Below are positions 55,627 to 64,000 of a DNA stretch of 64,000 nucleotides, in pieces. Each line of letters begins with the position of its first letter. The first letter of the stretch is position 1. Origin of the DNA: an uncultured Candidatus Saccharibacteria bacterium (GTDB taxonomy: Bacteria > Patescibacteriota > Minisyncoccia > Phycocordibacterales > CAIZLB01); the NCBI GenBank assembly GCA_964550955.1, contig CAZKAF010000001.1, positions 632,126 through 696,125 of the forward strand, in the 5' to 3' direction. The notes beneath the pieces were generated by a model. That model saw only the letters and a program-made list of their open reading frames with translations, made no database searches and was not told the DNA's origin. The translations under genes were made by a program, and so were the position numbers.

Positions 55627-58107
55627 TTATTGGACTGCGAAGAATATGGTTGACTCTTGCGATTTTCCAATCGCGTCCGTCGTGACGGCTTTCAGGGTGT
55701 TTTCATCCTGTATGCCTGGAATGACGCCCGGTATGAATGAGAATGAGAAAGGAGCTTCTATTGATTTTCCTATGGATGAATCGTTTATGAAGTATTCCAC
55801 CTGAGTTGTTTCGCTTGTTATCCCGCTTACCGATATGACAGTCCTGTCATTTCTGCCAAGCAGGCCGCTTGAAATGGGGGATATGATCCGGAAACCGTCG
55901 CTTTGGCCTTGGTTTTGCTGGTTCGAGGCGCCTATCAGGTTGATGGCTTGCGCAGTTCCGAGCCAGCTCTGGACGCTGTATTCCCATAACCTGAACAGAG
56001 GATCGGTGGAGCTGTTTCCGGGCGCTTCTCCTCGGGGGTTGCTTTTGTTAATCCAATACAGTTCAGAGTGAACTTCGTTTTCTGGACCCCTCCAAACGCC
56101 CCGGAGGAACGGTTTCGTGCTGCTTGATGTTGGTTCCGGCTCTTCGAACCGCTCGTCCGGAACTCGGGAGAGCGCGAAGTCGGTGAATTCTTTCCATAAC
56201 GGGCCGACGATTCGAGCCGAGGCCTGCTGTGCCATGGGGGTATTGTTGTTATTTCCCATCCATGCGCCTATGGAGATGCTCGGAGTGTAGCCAACCATCC
56301 ATGCGTCCCTTGAGTTGTTTGTCGTACCTGTCTTGATGGCAACCTGCCTGTCGCCGAAATATCTTGATCCGAAGATGGCCGCCCTGGCATACTGGTCAGA
56401 TAATATGTCGTTTATGAGCTGGGCTGTCTGCTTCGGTATGACCTGATTGGTCGTGGTTGAATACGTCTCGAGCTCGACATCCTGGTTCGTCGTTATGTTC
56501 AGGATTGCGGTCGGCCGCGCTCTCAAGCCTTCGTTCGCAAAGACTCCGTATGCCGAAGTCATGTCGAGAAGCGAAACTTCTCCGCCTCCGAGGGCGAGAG
56601 ACAAGCCGTATTGGTTCGCTGAAGAAAGGTTCTGCACGCCCATGCTTTCCGCAAGCTTGAGCGTATCGTTTATTCCCACGATATGCAGCACTCGCACGGC
56701 CGGAACGTTTCTTGATTCAGCCAATGCTGACCTTACGCTCATCAGTCCTTTGAATCCTCCCTCGTAGTTTTGAGGGTTGTAGCAGTCTGCTCCCGAGCTT
56801 ACCGGCCTATTGTTCGTGCCGCAAGAGGCGTTGAATTGGGTAGGAAGGTCATAAACCGGCGTTTCCGGGGTAAAGCCTTTATTGAACGCTGTTGCGTAAA
56901 CAAACGGCTTGAACGCTGAACCTGGCTGTCTTCGGGCGGTCGCTACATTAAAATTTCCTTCAATCTCCTGGTCGAAGTAGTCACGAGAACCCACCATTGC
57001 CAATATTTGACCCGTCCTAGGGTCCGTGGCGACAACTGATGCATTGCTCGCCTTGTATCTTGTTTCGTTTGCCAGCACGTATTTTTTGGTGATTTCTTCG
57101 GCTTTCTGCTGAAGTTCCCAGTCCAAAGTCGTTATCACGTTGAATCCGCCCATTTCGAGCAGCTTTTCGCCGTATTTCTGTTCAAGATACTCTCGAACAT
57201 ACATCACGAAGTGCGGCGCTTTTATGCCCCCTACCGATCTTGGCTGGAATATGACTTCTTCCTTGAGCGCTTCGGAGTATTCGGTTTCAGAGATCATCTT
57301 GTTTTCGTACATCTTTTTCAGCACGAGATTTTTTCGCTCGACAAGAAGGTTCTTGTTTTTCCCGTACGGAGAATAAAGGGAAGGTGCTTGAGGCAGCGCC
57401 GCGATGTAAGCGGCTTCGGCAAGCGTTACATCGGAGGCTTTCTTGGCAAAGAATGCTTGTACTGCTTCTTCTACGCCGTATATGTTGCCTCCATATGGCG
57501 AATCGTTAAGGTATAGGTTCAAAATGCTGTCCTTGTCGGTACTTTGCTCGAGCTTCAGGGCGAGAATCCACTCCTTGAGCTTTCTTGAGATGTCCTTGTC
57601 TTTCGTCAGCAATGAGTTTTTGACAACCTGCTGCGTGATGGTCGATCCTCCTTGGCTGAATCTGAGGGTCGTGATGTTGGCAATGACCGCTCGGATTATG
57701 GAGGTCGGCTTGATGCCGTTGTGGCTGTAAAAATCAATATCCTCGATGGCGATAGTGGCTTTTTTGATGTGGGGGGAGATTGAATCGAAAGGAATGACCG
57801 TTCGTCGCACCTTCTGGCTCAGGTCATACAGGAGAATTTTTCCAGTTCGGTCATATATTTTCGCTGATTGTCCGAGGAGCCTGTCATCGAATGACTGCAA
57901 GTCGGGAGTCTTGAGGCTTGCCGCCCATAAAATAAAAACAGTGGCTACCAAAATAGCTATGATCGTGGCTAGAAGGAACAGGTCTCTGATGACATGCTTT
58001 TTAGCCTTGTTTTTCGTCACCTTCTTGAACAGATTTTGAAATTTCCACTCAATGAGCGACACCCCGCGGTCTAATAATTTGAAAAAGCCGGCTATTTTTT
58101 TGTACAT
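55627..58107 (-). CDS. class A penicillin-binding protein (glycosyltransferase GT51 + transpeptidase)
   Basis: GT51 motifs (EDIDFYSHNGI, RFSQGGSTITQQVVKN), transpeptidase motifs SAFKP, SRN and KTGT, N-terminal TM anchor, and a ~150-aa C-terminal extension. Confidence 0.9.
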   Translation of the reverse strand: MYKKIAGFFKLLDRGVSLIEWKFQNLFKKVTKNKAKKHVIRDLFLLATIIAILVATVFILWAASLKTPDLQSFDDRLLGQSAKIYDRTGKILLYDLSQKVRRTVIPFDSISPHIKKATIAIEDIDFYSHNGIKPTSIIRAVIANITTLRFSQGGSTITQQVVKNSLLTKDKDISRKLKEWILALKLEQSTDKDSILNLYLNDSPYGGNIYGVEEAVQAFFAKKASDVTLAEAAYIAALPQAPSLYSPYGKNKNLLVERKNLVLKKMYENKMISETEYSEALKEEVIFQPRSVGGIKAPHFVMYVREYLEQKYGEKLLEMGGFNVITTLDWELQQKAEEITKKYVLANETRYKASNASVVATDPRTGQILAMVGSRDYFDQEIEGNFNVATARRQPGSAFKPFVYATAFNKGFTPETPVYDLPTQFNASCGTNNRPVSSGADCYNPQNYEGGFKGLMSVRSALAESRNVPAVRVLHIVGINDTLKLAESMGVQNLSSANQYGLSLALGGGEVSLLDMTSAYGVFANEGLRARPTAILNITTNQDVELETYSTTTNQVIPKQTAQLINDILSDQYARAAIFGSRYFGDRQVAIKTGTTNNSRDAWMVGYTPSISIGAWMGNNNNTPMAQQASARIVGPLWKEFTDFALSRVPDERFEEPEPTSSSTKPFLRGVWRGPENEVHSELYWINKSNPRGEAPGNSSTDPLFRLWEYSVQSWLGTAQAINLIGASNQQNQGQSDGFRIISPISSGLLGRNDRTVISVSGITSETTQVEYFINDSSIGKSIEAPFSFSFIPGVIPGIQDENTLKAVTTDAIGKSQESTIFFAVQ

Positions 58108-58193
58108 AAATGTTGTTTTTATTTTTTCAAGGATGATGAGAAAATAGTAGTGTTAGGATACCAAAAATAGCCGGAATATGCTAGATTTAATAT

Positions 58194-59426
58194 ATGTTAT
58201 ATGGTCTGATAAAAAAAGAGAATAAACCAGCTAAAAATGAAGATTTGGTGAATTCCGTGCTGGCGCGCGGAGTGCAGGAAATCCTGCCTTCAAAAGGGCT
58301 GCTTGAGTCAAAGCTTGGCGATCAAAAACTCAAGGTTTATGCCGGCATAGATCCGACCGGCCCGACGCTTCATCTTGGTCACATGATCATTTTGAGAAAG
58401 CTGGCCCAATTCCAGGCTCTCGGACACGAGACGCTGCTTTTGGTCGGCGACTTTACGGCAATGATCGGCGATCCTACGGACAAGGCGGCTGTCAGAAAAC
58501 CGCTGACTGAAGCTGAGGTAAAGAAAAACTTGAGGCTGTATGTAAAACAAGCAAGCCGATTCATCAATTTTACGGGAAAGAACAAGACGAAGGTCGTTTA
58601 CAACTCATCTTGGCTCAAGAAGATGAACATGAAGAGCGTTCTTGATCTGACATCGCTCATGACGGTTGACCAGATGATGAAGAGGGACATGTTCGCGACG
58701 CGGGCGCAGGAAGGAAAGCCTGTGTACATGCACGAATTCATGTACCCCCTTCTGCAGGGATATGACAGCGTGATGCTGGACGTGGACGTGGAAATAGGCG
58801 GAAACGATCAGATGTTCAACATGATGGTCGGCAGGGATTTTCTGAAGAAGCTGAAAAACAAGGAAAAGGTTTGCGTGACAATGAAGCTCCTGACTGATTC
58901 ATCGGGCAAGAAGATGGGGAAGTCGGAGGGGAACATGGTTTCGCTCATGGATTCAAATTTTGAAATGTTCGGAAAAGTCATGAGCTGGAGCGATGACATG
59001 ATAATGAATGGCTTTGAGCTGTGCACTGACGTTTCACCGGGCGAATTGGAAAATATTCAAGGGCAGCTGGCTGACAAAAGCAGGAATCCTAAGGATTTGA
59101 AGCTGAGGCTTGCTCGGGAAATAGTGACCGTTTGCCACGGAGAGGACAAGGCGAAATCGGCGGAGGAAAATTTCGTGAACACGTTCTCAAAAAAGGAGGT
59201 TCCTCAGGATATTCAAGAAATAGGCGTTCATTTGAACACGCCTCTCGGCCTCATTCTTCAGAATGAAAAGATGGTCGCTTCTGCGGGCGAGTTCAAGCGG
59301 CTGGTAAAAGAGGGCGCTGTCGTGACGATGGAGGGGGAGAAGATAGAAGACTTTAATTTTCTCGTCGCGAAGCCGATGGTCGTCAAGGTGGGCAAAAGAA
59401 GATTCCTGGACATAAAGATTCACTAA
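58194..59426 (+). CDS. tyrS: tyrosine--tRNA ligase
   Basis: HIGH motif (PTLHLGHMI), KMSKS motif (KMGKSEGN), and a C-terminal S4-like domain. Confidence 0.95.
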   Translation: MLYGLIKKENKPAKNEDLVNSVLARGVQEILPSKGLLESKLGDQKLKVYAGIDPTGPTLHLGHMIILRKLAQFQALGHETLLLVGDFTAMIGDPTDKAAVRKPLTEAEVKKNLRLYVKQASRFINFTGKNKTKVVYNSSWLKKMNMKSVLDLTSLMTVDQMMKRDMFATRAQEGKPVYMHEFMYPLLQGYDSVMLDVDVEIGGNDQMFNMMVGRDFLKKLKNKEKVCVTMKLLTDSSGKKMGKSEGNMVSLMDSNFEMFGKVMSWSDDMIMNGFELCTDVSPGELENIQGQLADKSRNPKDLKLRLAREIVTVCHGEDKAKSAEENFVNTFSKKEVPQDIQEIGVHLNTPLGLILQNEKMVASAGEFKRLVKEGAVVTMEGEKIEDFNFLVAKPMVVKVGKRRFLDIKIH

Positions 59427-59446
59427 AGGCAAAGCGAAGAAACAAA

Positions 59447-59482
59447 AAAGCTGTCCGGCAAAGGATAGCTTTTTATTTAGAT
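59447..59482. terminator. bidirectional hairpin between tyrS (+) and the acidic-protein gene (-)
   Basis: aaaagct-14 nt loop-agctttt. Confidence 0.4.
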
Positions 59483-59497
59483 TCGGCTCGGTGCTTA

Positions 59498-59809
59498 TTA
59501 GTACGAGTCAGCCTCCAAGTCCTCCTCGAGAAGGTCGTCTTCCTCGTCCTCATCATCTCCGTAACCGACTGGCGCGCCGATGCCGTACGGGTCCAAGTGG
59601 GGATCTTCTTCCACTGTCGGAACTGCATTGAAGCTGCTGTGCGGATCCTCGTCTTCCGGCGAGACGCTGTCGTCGTCGAACGTTGATACGGGCGAGCCTA
59701 TTGCAAAATCCGCCTCGCCTTCGATTTCTTCGGCACCTCCTTCCGGTATGTCGGCTATCTCTTCGCCCTCAGTTTCCTTGTCCTCTTCTAGTTCGTCAGC
59801 GTCAGTCAT
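59498..59809 (-). CDS. hyper-acidic intrinsically disordered small protein
   Basis: 103 aa, about 45% Asp+Glu (…DDEDEEDDLLEEDLEADSY). Located downstream of ruvC in the same orientation. Confidence 0.4.
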   Translation of the reverse strand: MTDADELEEDKETEGEEIADIPEGGAEEIEGEADFAIGSPVSTFDDDSVSPEDEDPHSSFNAVPTVEEDPHLDPYGIGAPVGYGDDEDEEDDLLEEDLEADSY

Positions 59810-59908
59810 GTTTACGTTGAATTTGTTATCTTTAATGTATGGTCATATATGTAACATATGCGTAAAAATATGCAACTGTGTATAAGTTCATGAGCCCGAC
59901 CAAATTTT

Positions 59909-60385
59909 TTAAAATTTTTCGTATGCGAAAAAAGCCAGTCCGATGGCTATCGCATCGTACTCGTCATCAAGCGCTTTCTGCTTCAAGTCCTTCACGAGAA
60001 GCTTCACCATTCTGATTATCTGGTCTTTGGAGCTTTTTCCGTCTCCCGTGACGGCTAATTTTATCTGCAGGGGCGTGTATTCATGTATTCTTAATCCGTG
60101 CTTCATCGCGATGTATAAAAGCGCGCCGCGAACTTCGGAAACCCTCATGGCGGTCTTCTGGTTATTGGATATGAACAGATTTTCTATCGAGAGAATCGAC
60201 GGCTGGTGTTCCTGAATCAGGCTCTCCACCTGCGCGCCTATGCTCAGAAGCCTTTCGCTGAAAGGCGATTTTGCGGAAGTCCTGAAGCAATCTGAAAACA
60301 TGACCTTTTCTTTCTGGCCTTTTTCTTTTTCTAAAATTGCGACGCCTAGTCTTTCGTAGCCCGGATCGATTGATATGATTTTCAT
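59909..60385 (-). CDS. ruvC: crossover junction endodeoxyribonuclease RuvC
   Basis: MKIISIDPGYERLGVAI (catalytic Asp7/Glu), 158 aa. Confidence 0.85.
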   Translation of the reverse strand: MKIISIDPGYERLGVAILEKEKGQKEKVMFSDCFRTSAKSPFSERLLSIGAQVESLIQEHQPSILSIENLFISNNQKTAMRVSEVRGALLYIAMKHGLRIHEYTPLQIKLAVTGDGKSSKDQIIRMVKLLVKDLKQKALDDEYDAIAIGLAFFAYEKF

Positions 60386-60402
60386 TTTTGCAGACCGGAG
60401 TT

Positions 60403-61470
60403 TTATTCCAAGCTCATCTTCTTTTCATCCGGATATTCGACTCCGATATGCGAGTATCCGATTTCGGTCACGACTCGACCTCTCGGCGTGCGCTCTATGA
60501 AGCCGAGCTGGATGAGATACGGCTCGTTGAATTCCTCGATCGTCGCTTGGTCTTCGGAAAGCGAAGCGGCTATGGTGTTCAAGCCGACCGGGCCGCCGTT
60601 GTATTTCTGAACGAGCGTCTCGAGTATGGTCCGGTCTGAATGCGTGAGTCCTTTGTGGTCTATGCCGATGAGCTTCAACGCTCCCGTGACCGACTCCTTG
60701 ATGAGTTTTGTTTTTTGGATTTGCGCGTAGTCTCGGCATCTCTTGAGGAGATAGTTTGCCGTTCTTGGCGTTCTCCTGCTTCTTTTTGCAATTTCCTTCA
60801 GCCCCTCTTCATCTGCCTCTATGTTCAATATCTTTGATGATCTCTTGATGATCTCTTCGATTTCTTCTTCCGTATAGAATTCAAGCCTGAAGACTCCTCC
60901 TGAGAATCGGGATCGAAGAGGGGATGAGACCATCGCGATGCGCGTCGTGGCGGCGATGAGCGTAAAAGGGGGCAGGTCGAGCTGAATGCTTCGCGCCGAA
61001 GGACCTTTGCCTATGATGATGTCTATCTGGCCTGATTCCATTGCCGGATACAGAACTTCCTCGACGGTTTTGTTCAGCCTGTGGATTTCATCAATGAAAA
61101 GTATGTCGCCTGGGGAAAGGTTGGTAAGTATTGATGCGAGGTCGCCTACTCGCTCGATGGCGGGACCTGATGTCACCTTCATCTGAACGCCTGTTTCCTT
61201 TGCAATGAGATGGGCAAGCGTCGTTTTTCCAAGGCCGGGCGGACCATAAAAAAGAATATGTTCCGGCGGATGGCCTCGTTCCTTGGCCGCGGTCAGGAGT
61301 ATGTGGAGGTTGTCTTTTATGTTCTTCTGGCCGATATAATCGTCGAACCTTGAGGGCCTGAGGGTCTGGTCGAGCGAAATGTCGCCTGTCGTCTCTAATT
61401 TGTCACCCTCGTCACCATAAATAGAGTCATTTTCAGCCATATTTTGAGGGTCTTGAGAAGTGCTTGACAT
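60403..61470 (-). CDS. ruvB: Holliday junction branch migration ATPase RuvB
   Basis: Walker A FYGPPGLGKTTLAHLIA, Walker B ILFIDEIHRL, sensor motifs, and a winged-helix C-terminus. Confidence 0.95.
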   Translation of the reverse strand: MSSTSQDPQNMAENDSIYGDEGDKLETTGDISLDQTLRPSRFDDYIGQKNIKDNLHILLTAAKERGHPPEHILFYGPPGLGKTTLAHLIAKETGVQMKVTSGPAIERVGDLASILTNLSPGDILFIDEIHRLNKTVEEVLYPAMESGQIDIIIGKGPSARSIQLDLPPFTLIAATTRIAMVSSPLRSRFSGGVFRLEFYTEEEIEEIIKRSSKILNIEADEEGLKEIAKRSRRTPRTANYLLKRCRDYAQIQKTKLIKESVTGALKLIGIDHKGLTHSDRTILETLVQKYNGGPVGLNTIAASLSEDQATIEEFNEPYLIQLGFIERTPRGRVVTEIGYSHIGVEYPDEKKMSLE

Positions 61471-61598
61471 AAAAAGTATTTATGCTATGATATCAATCAG
61501 AATCGCACAGATGCAGGAAGTTCGGCCGCTACGTTTATGACGTAAAACTGAACGGACTGGCTATGTGCGATTATCTCTTTCGTCAGTCAGAGATATCT

Positions 61599-61772
61599 AA
61601 AATAGCCCCTTAAATCTCTAAGCAATAGAAACTGCAAAGTTTCAATCGGTTTTTCTTAAAGGACGCTTTGGTGCGAGCTCCTATGCCACGTTCCTGGGGC
61701 TATCCTCAAAGAACTGTCGGGCTTTCGATCTCAGGATTGAAAGCATTGCTTAGAGATTTAAAGGGCTATTTT
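61599..61772. repeat. 28-bp near-perfect inverted repeat (1 mismatch) flanking a 118-bp core: candidate structured RNA or miniature inverted-repeat element
   Basis: Left arm aaaatagccccttaaatctctaagcaat (61599-61626). Right arm attgcttagagatttaaagggctatttt (61745-61772). In the intergenic region between ruvB and pilB2. Confidence 0.5.
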
Positions 61773-61839
61773 TTTGTTTGATTCAATATCAAGTTACCCT
61801 ATAAGGATAAGCGCAGGGGGTAGCAAAGTCAATTGACAT

Positions 61840-63747
61840 TTACACCGTCGGAGTGTCTTGCTTAACAATAAAATCATCCAGATTAGGGATATTTTCCGCT
61901 CCAGTTTTTATATCGGATATTTCTGCCGGCATTTCGATTGGCGCCTCTTCTGTTTCAGTGAAGCCGCTCGCCGGGCCAGGTAAATTAGGCGAAAGCGCCT
62001 CGGAATCTTTCAAATAATCCGGGTTCTCAGCTACTTTCTGTTCTTCTGACATGACTTCTATTTCTTCGGCAAGGTCGACCACTCGTTCCAGCTCGTCGAA
62101 TGTCGTGATGCCTTGAAGCACCTTGATGAGCCCGTCCTGCTTCATGGTGATATTTCGCTGCGGAGCGGCGGCTCTTCGTATTTCTCTCTCGCTCGGATTT
62201 TCTCGAATGATGTATTCGATGTTTTTGTCAGCGAGAATTATTTCATATACGCCCATTCTTCCCCTGTAGCCCGTGTTATTGCATTTTTCGCACCCTACGG
62301 CTTCCCACATTTCAGTCGGCTTTTCTGGAAAATAGGCGGCTTCTTCATATCCTTTCAGCGAAGCCAGGAGCTCGTCAACGAGCGGAAGCCTTTCTGCCGG
62401 AATCGGAACTTTTTTCCTGCAATCCGTGCATACTTTTCTGAGGAGCCGCTGCGCCATGGCTACTCGGATGGCCGACGTGAGCACTTTCGGGTCCACTCCG
62501 AGGTCAACAAGTCGGGTAAATGTTCCGGCTGCGTTGTTGGTGTGAAGCGTCGAGAGAACGAGGTGACCGGTAAGCGCTGCCTGAATGGCTGTCCCTGCCG
62601 TTTCGCCGTCTCGAATTTCTCCCACCATGATAACGTCGGGGTCTTGTCGAAGCGCGGCGCGGAGGCCAGATTCGAAGTTGTAGTTTTTCCTTTCTTCCAC
62701 CTGGGTCTGGACGATGCCGGGAAGGTGATATTCCACCGGATCTTCGATGGTTATGATTTTCATTTCCGGGCTCTGAACTTTCCTGAGGAATGAATAAAGG
62801 GTCGTCGTCTTACCTGAACCGGTCGGCCCCGTCGTGAGGATAAGGCCGTTCGGCCTGTTGATTTCAACTGCGAGGATGTCGAGGAGCCTCTTTGAGAACC
62901 CGAGCTCTTCCATCGGAGTCGAGATGGCCTTCGGGTTCAAGATTCTCATCACGATGGATTCGCCGTACGTGCTCGGAACTGTCGAGGTACGAATTTCGAT
63001 GTCGCTCATGTAAATCTTTACCGTGAACCGCCCGTCTTGCGCCGCGTCCTTTATGTTCAATTTGAGGCCTGAAAGGAGCTTGATACGGGAGAGAAGGAGT
63101 CTGTATGTCTCAAGGTCGAATTTTGTGACCTGAATCAGCACGCCGTCGAGCCTGTATCGGATAACGGCATAGTCCGTCTCCGATTCTATGTGAATATCGG
63201 AAGCTTTCGTCGAGAGGCCTCCCGCCATCACGATCGCTATCAGCCTCGACACCTTGTGGCTTTTCTTGATGGTGAGGGCTTCCTCGACCAGGACTGAAAT
63301 GTCCCCGAGCTTCTTCGTCTTTTCGATAAGCTGCTCGATTTCTTCGTTGGAAATGTCGAGCGATCCGGCTTCGGTCTCGAAGGCGAACGAGAGGTCCTTG
63401 TACCTGTCCCATGCTTTTTCGATGCTGTGAATTGATGCGAGGAAAACCGCCGTCGCGTAGCCTTTTTCCTGCAGCTTCTTTATCGAGTCAACTACCGCCT
63501 GGTTGTTGATGGTGTGAACCGCGATGGAGATTCTTTTTCCGACGATGTCGAACACCGCCATCTTGTTCTGCCTCGCTTCAGCTTCCGGAATGAGCCTCAA
63601 GCCGTCGGTATTGATGGGCACCCTGCTCAGGTCGATGTAAGGCAGGCCGTATTTCTCGGCAACCATTTGAACGGATTTTTCCTCTTCTTCGCCGCGAAGC
63701 GCGCGAAGCCTCTGATTCTGCTTGTCTTCATCGAAATGTATGGTCAT
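61840..63747 (-). CDS. second PilB/GspE-family type IV pilus ATPase paralogue with acidic C-terminal tail
   Basis: GspII_E_N-like N-domain, Walker A LILTTGPTGSGKTTTLYS, Asp/His boxes (VLSTLHTN), CxxC...CxxC motifs (CTDC, CEKCNNTG), and a ~70-aa acidic C-terminal extension. Confidence 0.85.
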   Translation of the reverse strand: MTIHFDEDKQNQRLRALRGEEEEKSVQMVAEKYGLPYIDLSRVPINTDGLRLIPEAEARQNKMAVFDIVGKRISIAVHTINNQAVVDSIKKLQEKGYATAVFLASIHSIEKAWDRYKDLSFAFETEAGSLDISNEEIEQLIEKTKKLGDISVLVEEALTIKKSHKVSRLIAIVMAGGLSTKASDIHIESETDYAVIRYRLDGVLIQVTKFDLETYRLLLSRIKLLSGLKLNIKDAAQDGRFTVKIYMSDIEIRTSTVPSTYGESIVMRILNPKAISTPMEELGFSKRLLDILAVEINRPNGLILTTGPTGSGKTTTLYSFLRKVQSPEMKIITIEDPVEYHLPGIVQTQVEERKNYNFESGLRAALRQDPDVIMVGEIRDGETAGTAIQAALTGHLVLSTLHTNNAAGTFTRLVDLGVDPKVLTSAIRVAMAQRLLRKVCTDCRKKVPIPAERLPLVDELLASLKGYEEAAYFPEKPTEMWEAVGCEKCNNTGYRGRMGVYEIILADKNIEYIIRENPSEREIRRAAAPQRNITMKQDGLIKVLQGITTFDELERVVDLAEEIEVMSEEQKVAENPDYLKDSEALSPNLPGPASGFTETEEAPIEMPAEISDIKTGAENIPNLDDFIVKQDTPTV

Positions 63748-63824
63748 ATTCGAATAGTATTGTACCTTGTTTTTTAACTCGATGCATTAGATTTAGCTGT
63801 TAATTATTGTTATTATTCAGCCAA

Positions 63825-64000
63825 ATGATGCGGGAATCTGTCACATACAAAATAGCCGACCTCGGGAAGGTCGCCGGAGGCCTGATTGATTTTCTAAAAA
63901 GCGAAAGCGAGAACCGGGGCGCGGATCAGGCGGCGGTCGTCGTAGGCCTGCACGGAAACCTCGGGGCGGGCAAGACGACGCTTGCCAAGGAAGTCGGCAG
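63825..64000 (+). CDS. tsaE: tRNA threonylcarbamoyladenosine biosynthesis protein TsaE (N-terminal fragment, runs off window)
   Basis: MMRESVTYKIADLGKVAGGLIDFLK...VVGLHGNLGAGKTTLAKEV is the TsaE/YjeE P-loop (GxLGAGKTT). Confidence 0.6.
   Translation, partial: MMRESVTYKIADLGKVAGGLIDFLKSESENRGADQAAVVVGLHGNLGAGKTTLAKEVG

Noticed and set aside
1-64000. CRISPR arrays, rRNA operons, IS elements or prophage
   Set aside because: No direct-repeat/spacer periodicity, no rRNA-like conserved stretches, and no transposase or phage structural signatures were seen. The only recombinase is a housekeeping-type XerC/D.

Overview
This is a 64-kb window from a small bacterial genome with moderate-to-low GC and the standard genetic code; I saw no in-frame UGA recoding. 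The window spans the chromosomal replication origin, with rpmH-rnpA-yidC on the minus strand followed by dnaA, a DnaA-box/AT-rich oriC, and dnaN. Housekeeping genes include nusA, ppa, tig, clpP, rny, hup, cca, xth, xerC/D, rpsO, uvrD/pcrA, ksgA, rsmE, comM/yifB, a class A PBP, tyrS, ruvC-ruvB, and a partial tsaE and tpiA at the edges. Four tRNAs are present: Gly-TCC, Pro-TGG, Gly-GCC and Arg-TCG. Several housekeeping enzymes (RsmE, KsgA) carry low-complexity insertions. Together with a short trigger factor, a PrgI-type T4SS and type IV pilus genes, this suggests a reduced-genome, CPR/Patescibacteria-like (for example Saccharibacteria-like) organism; that lineage call is inference only. Three accessory regions stand out. 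(1) A type IV pilus locus at 0.1-6.7 kb: PilB, PilC, three prepilin-like genes and a 604-aa pilin-like surface protein, plus a second PilB paralogue at 61.8-63.7 kb. (2) A roughly 15-kb Gram-positive-type (PrgI/VirB4) type IV secretion-like island at 35.7-51.1 kb. It contains a VirB6-like polytopic protein, a PrgI/VirB3-like protein, a VirB4 ATPase split into two ORFs, and two VirB1-like cell-wall hydrolases (CHAP and SLT) that share a perfectly duplicated 401-bp GC-rich module encoding a two-helix hydrophobic domain. Several secreted or bitopic proteins sit in the island, a recurring TTG(A/C)TATACT promoter motif lies very close to start codons (leaderless-like), and no relaxase or VirD4 is visible. 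(3) A 926-aa hyper-charged coiled-coil orphan protein. Smaller observations: a promoter-plus-terminator leader upstream of nusA, a 28-bp inverted repeat structure between ruvB and pilB2, ruvC-ruvB without ruvA, and an orphan nucleotidyltransferase. No CRISPR arrays, rRNA genes, transposases or integrases were recognised other than xerC/D.
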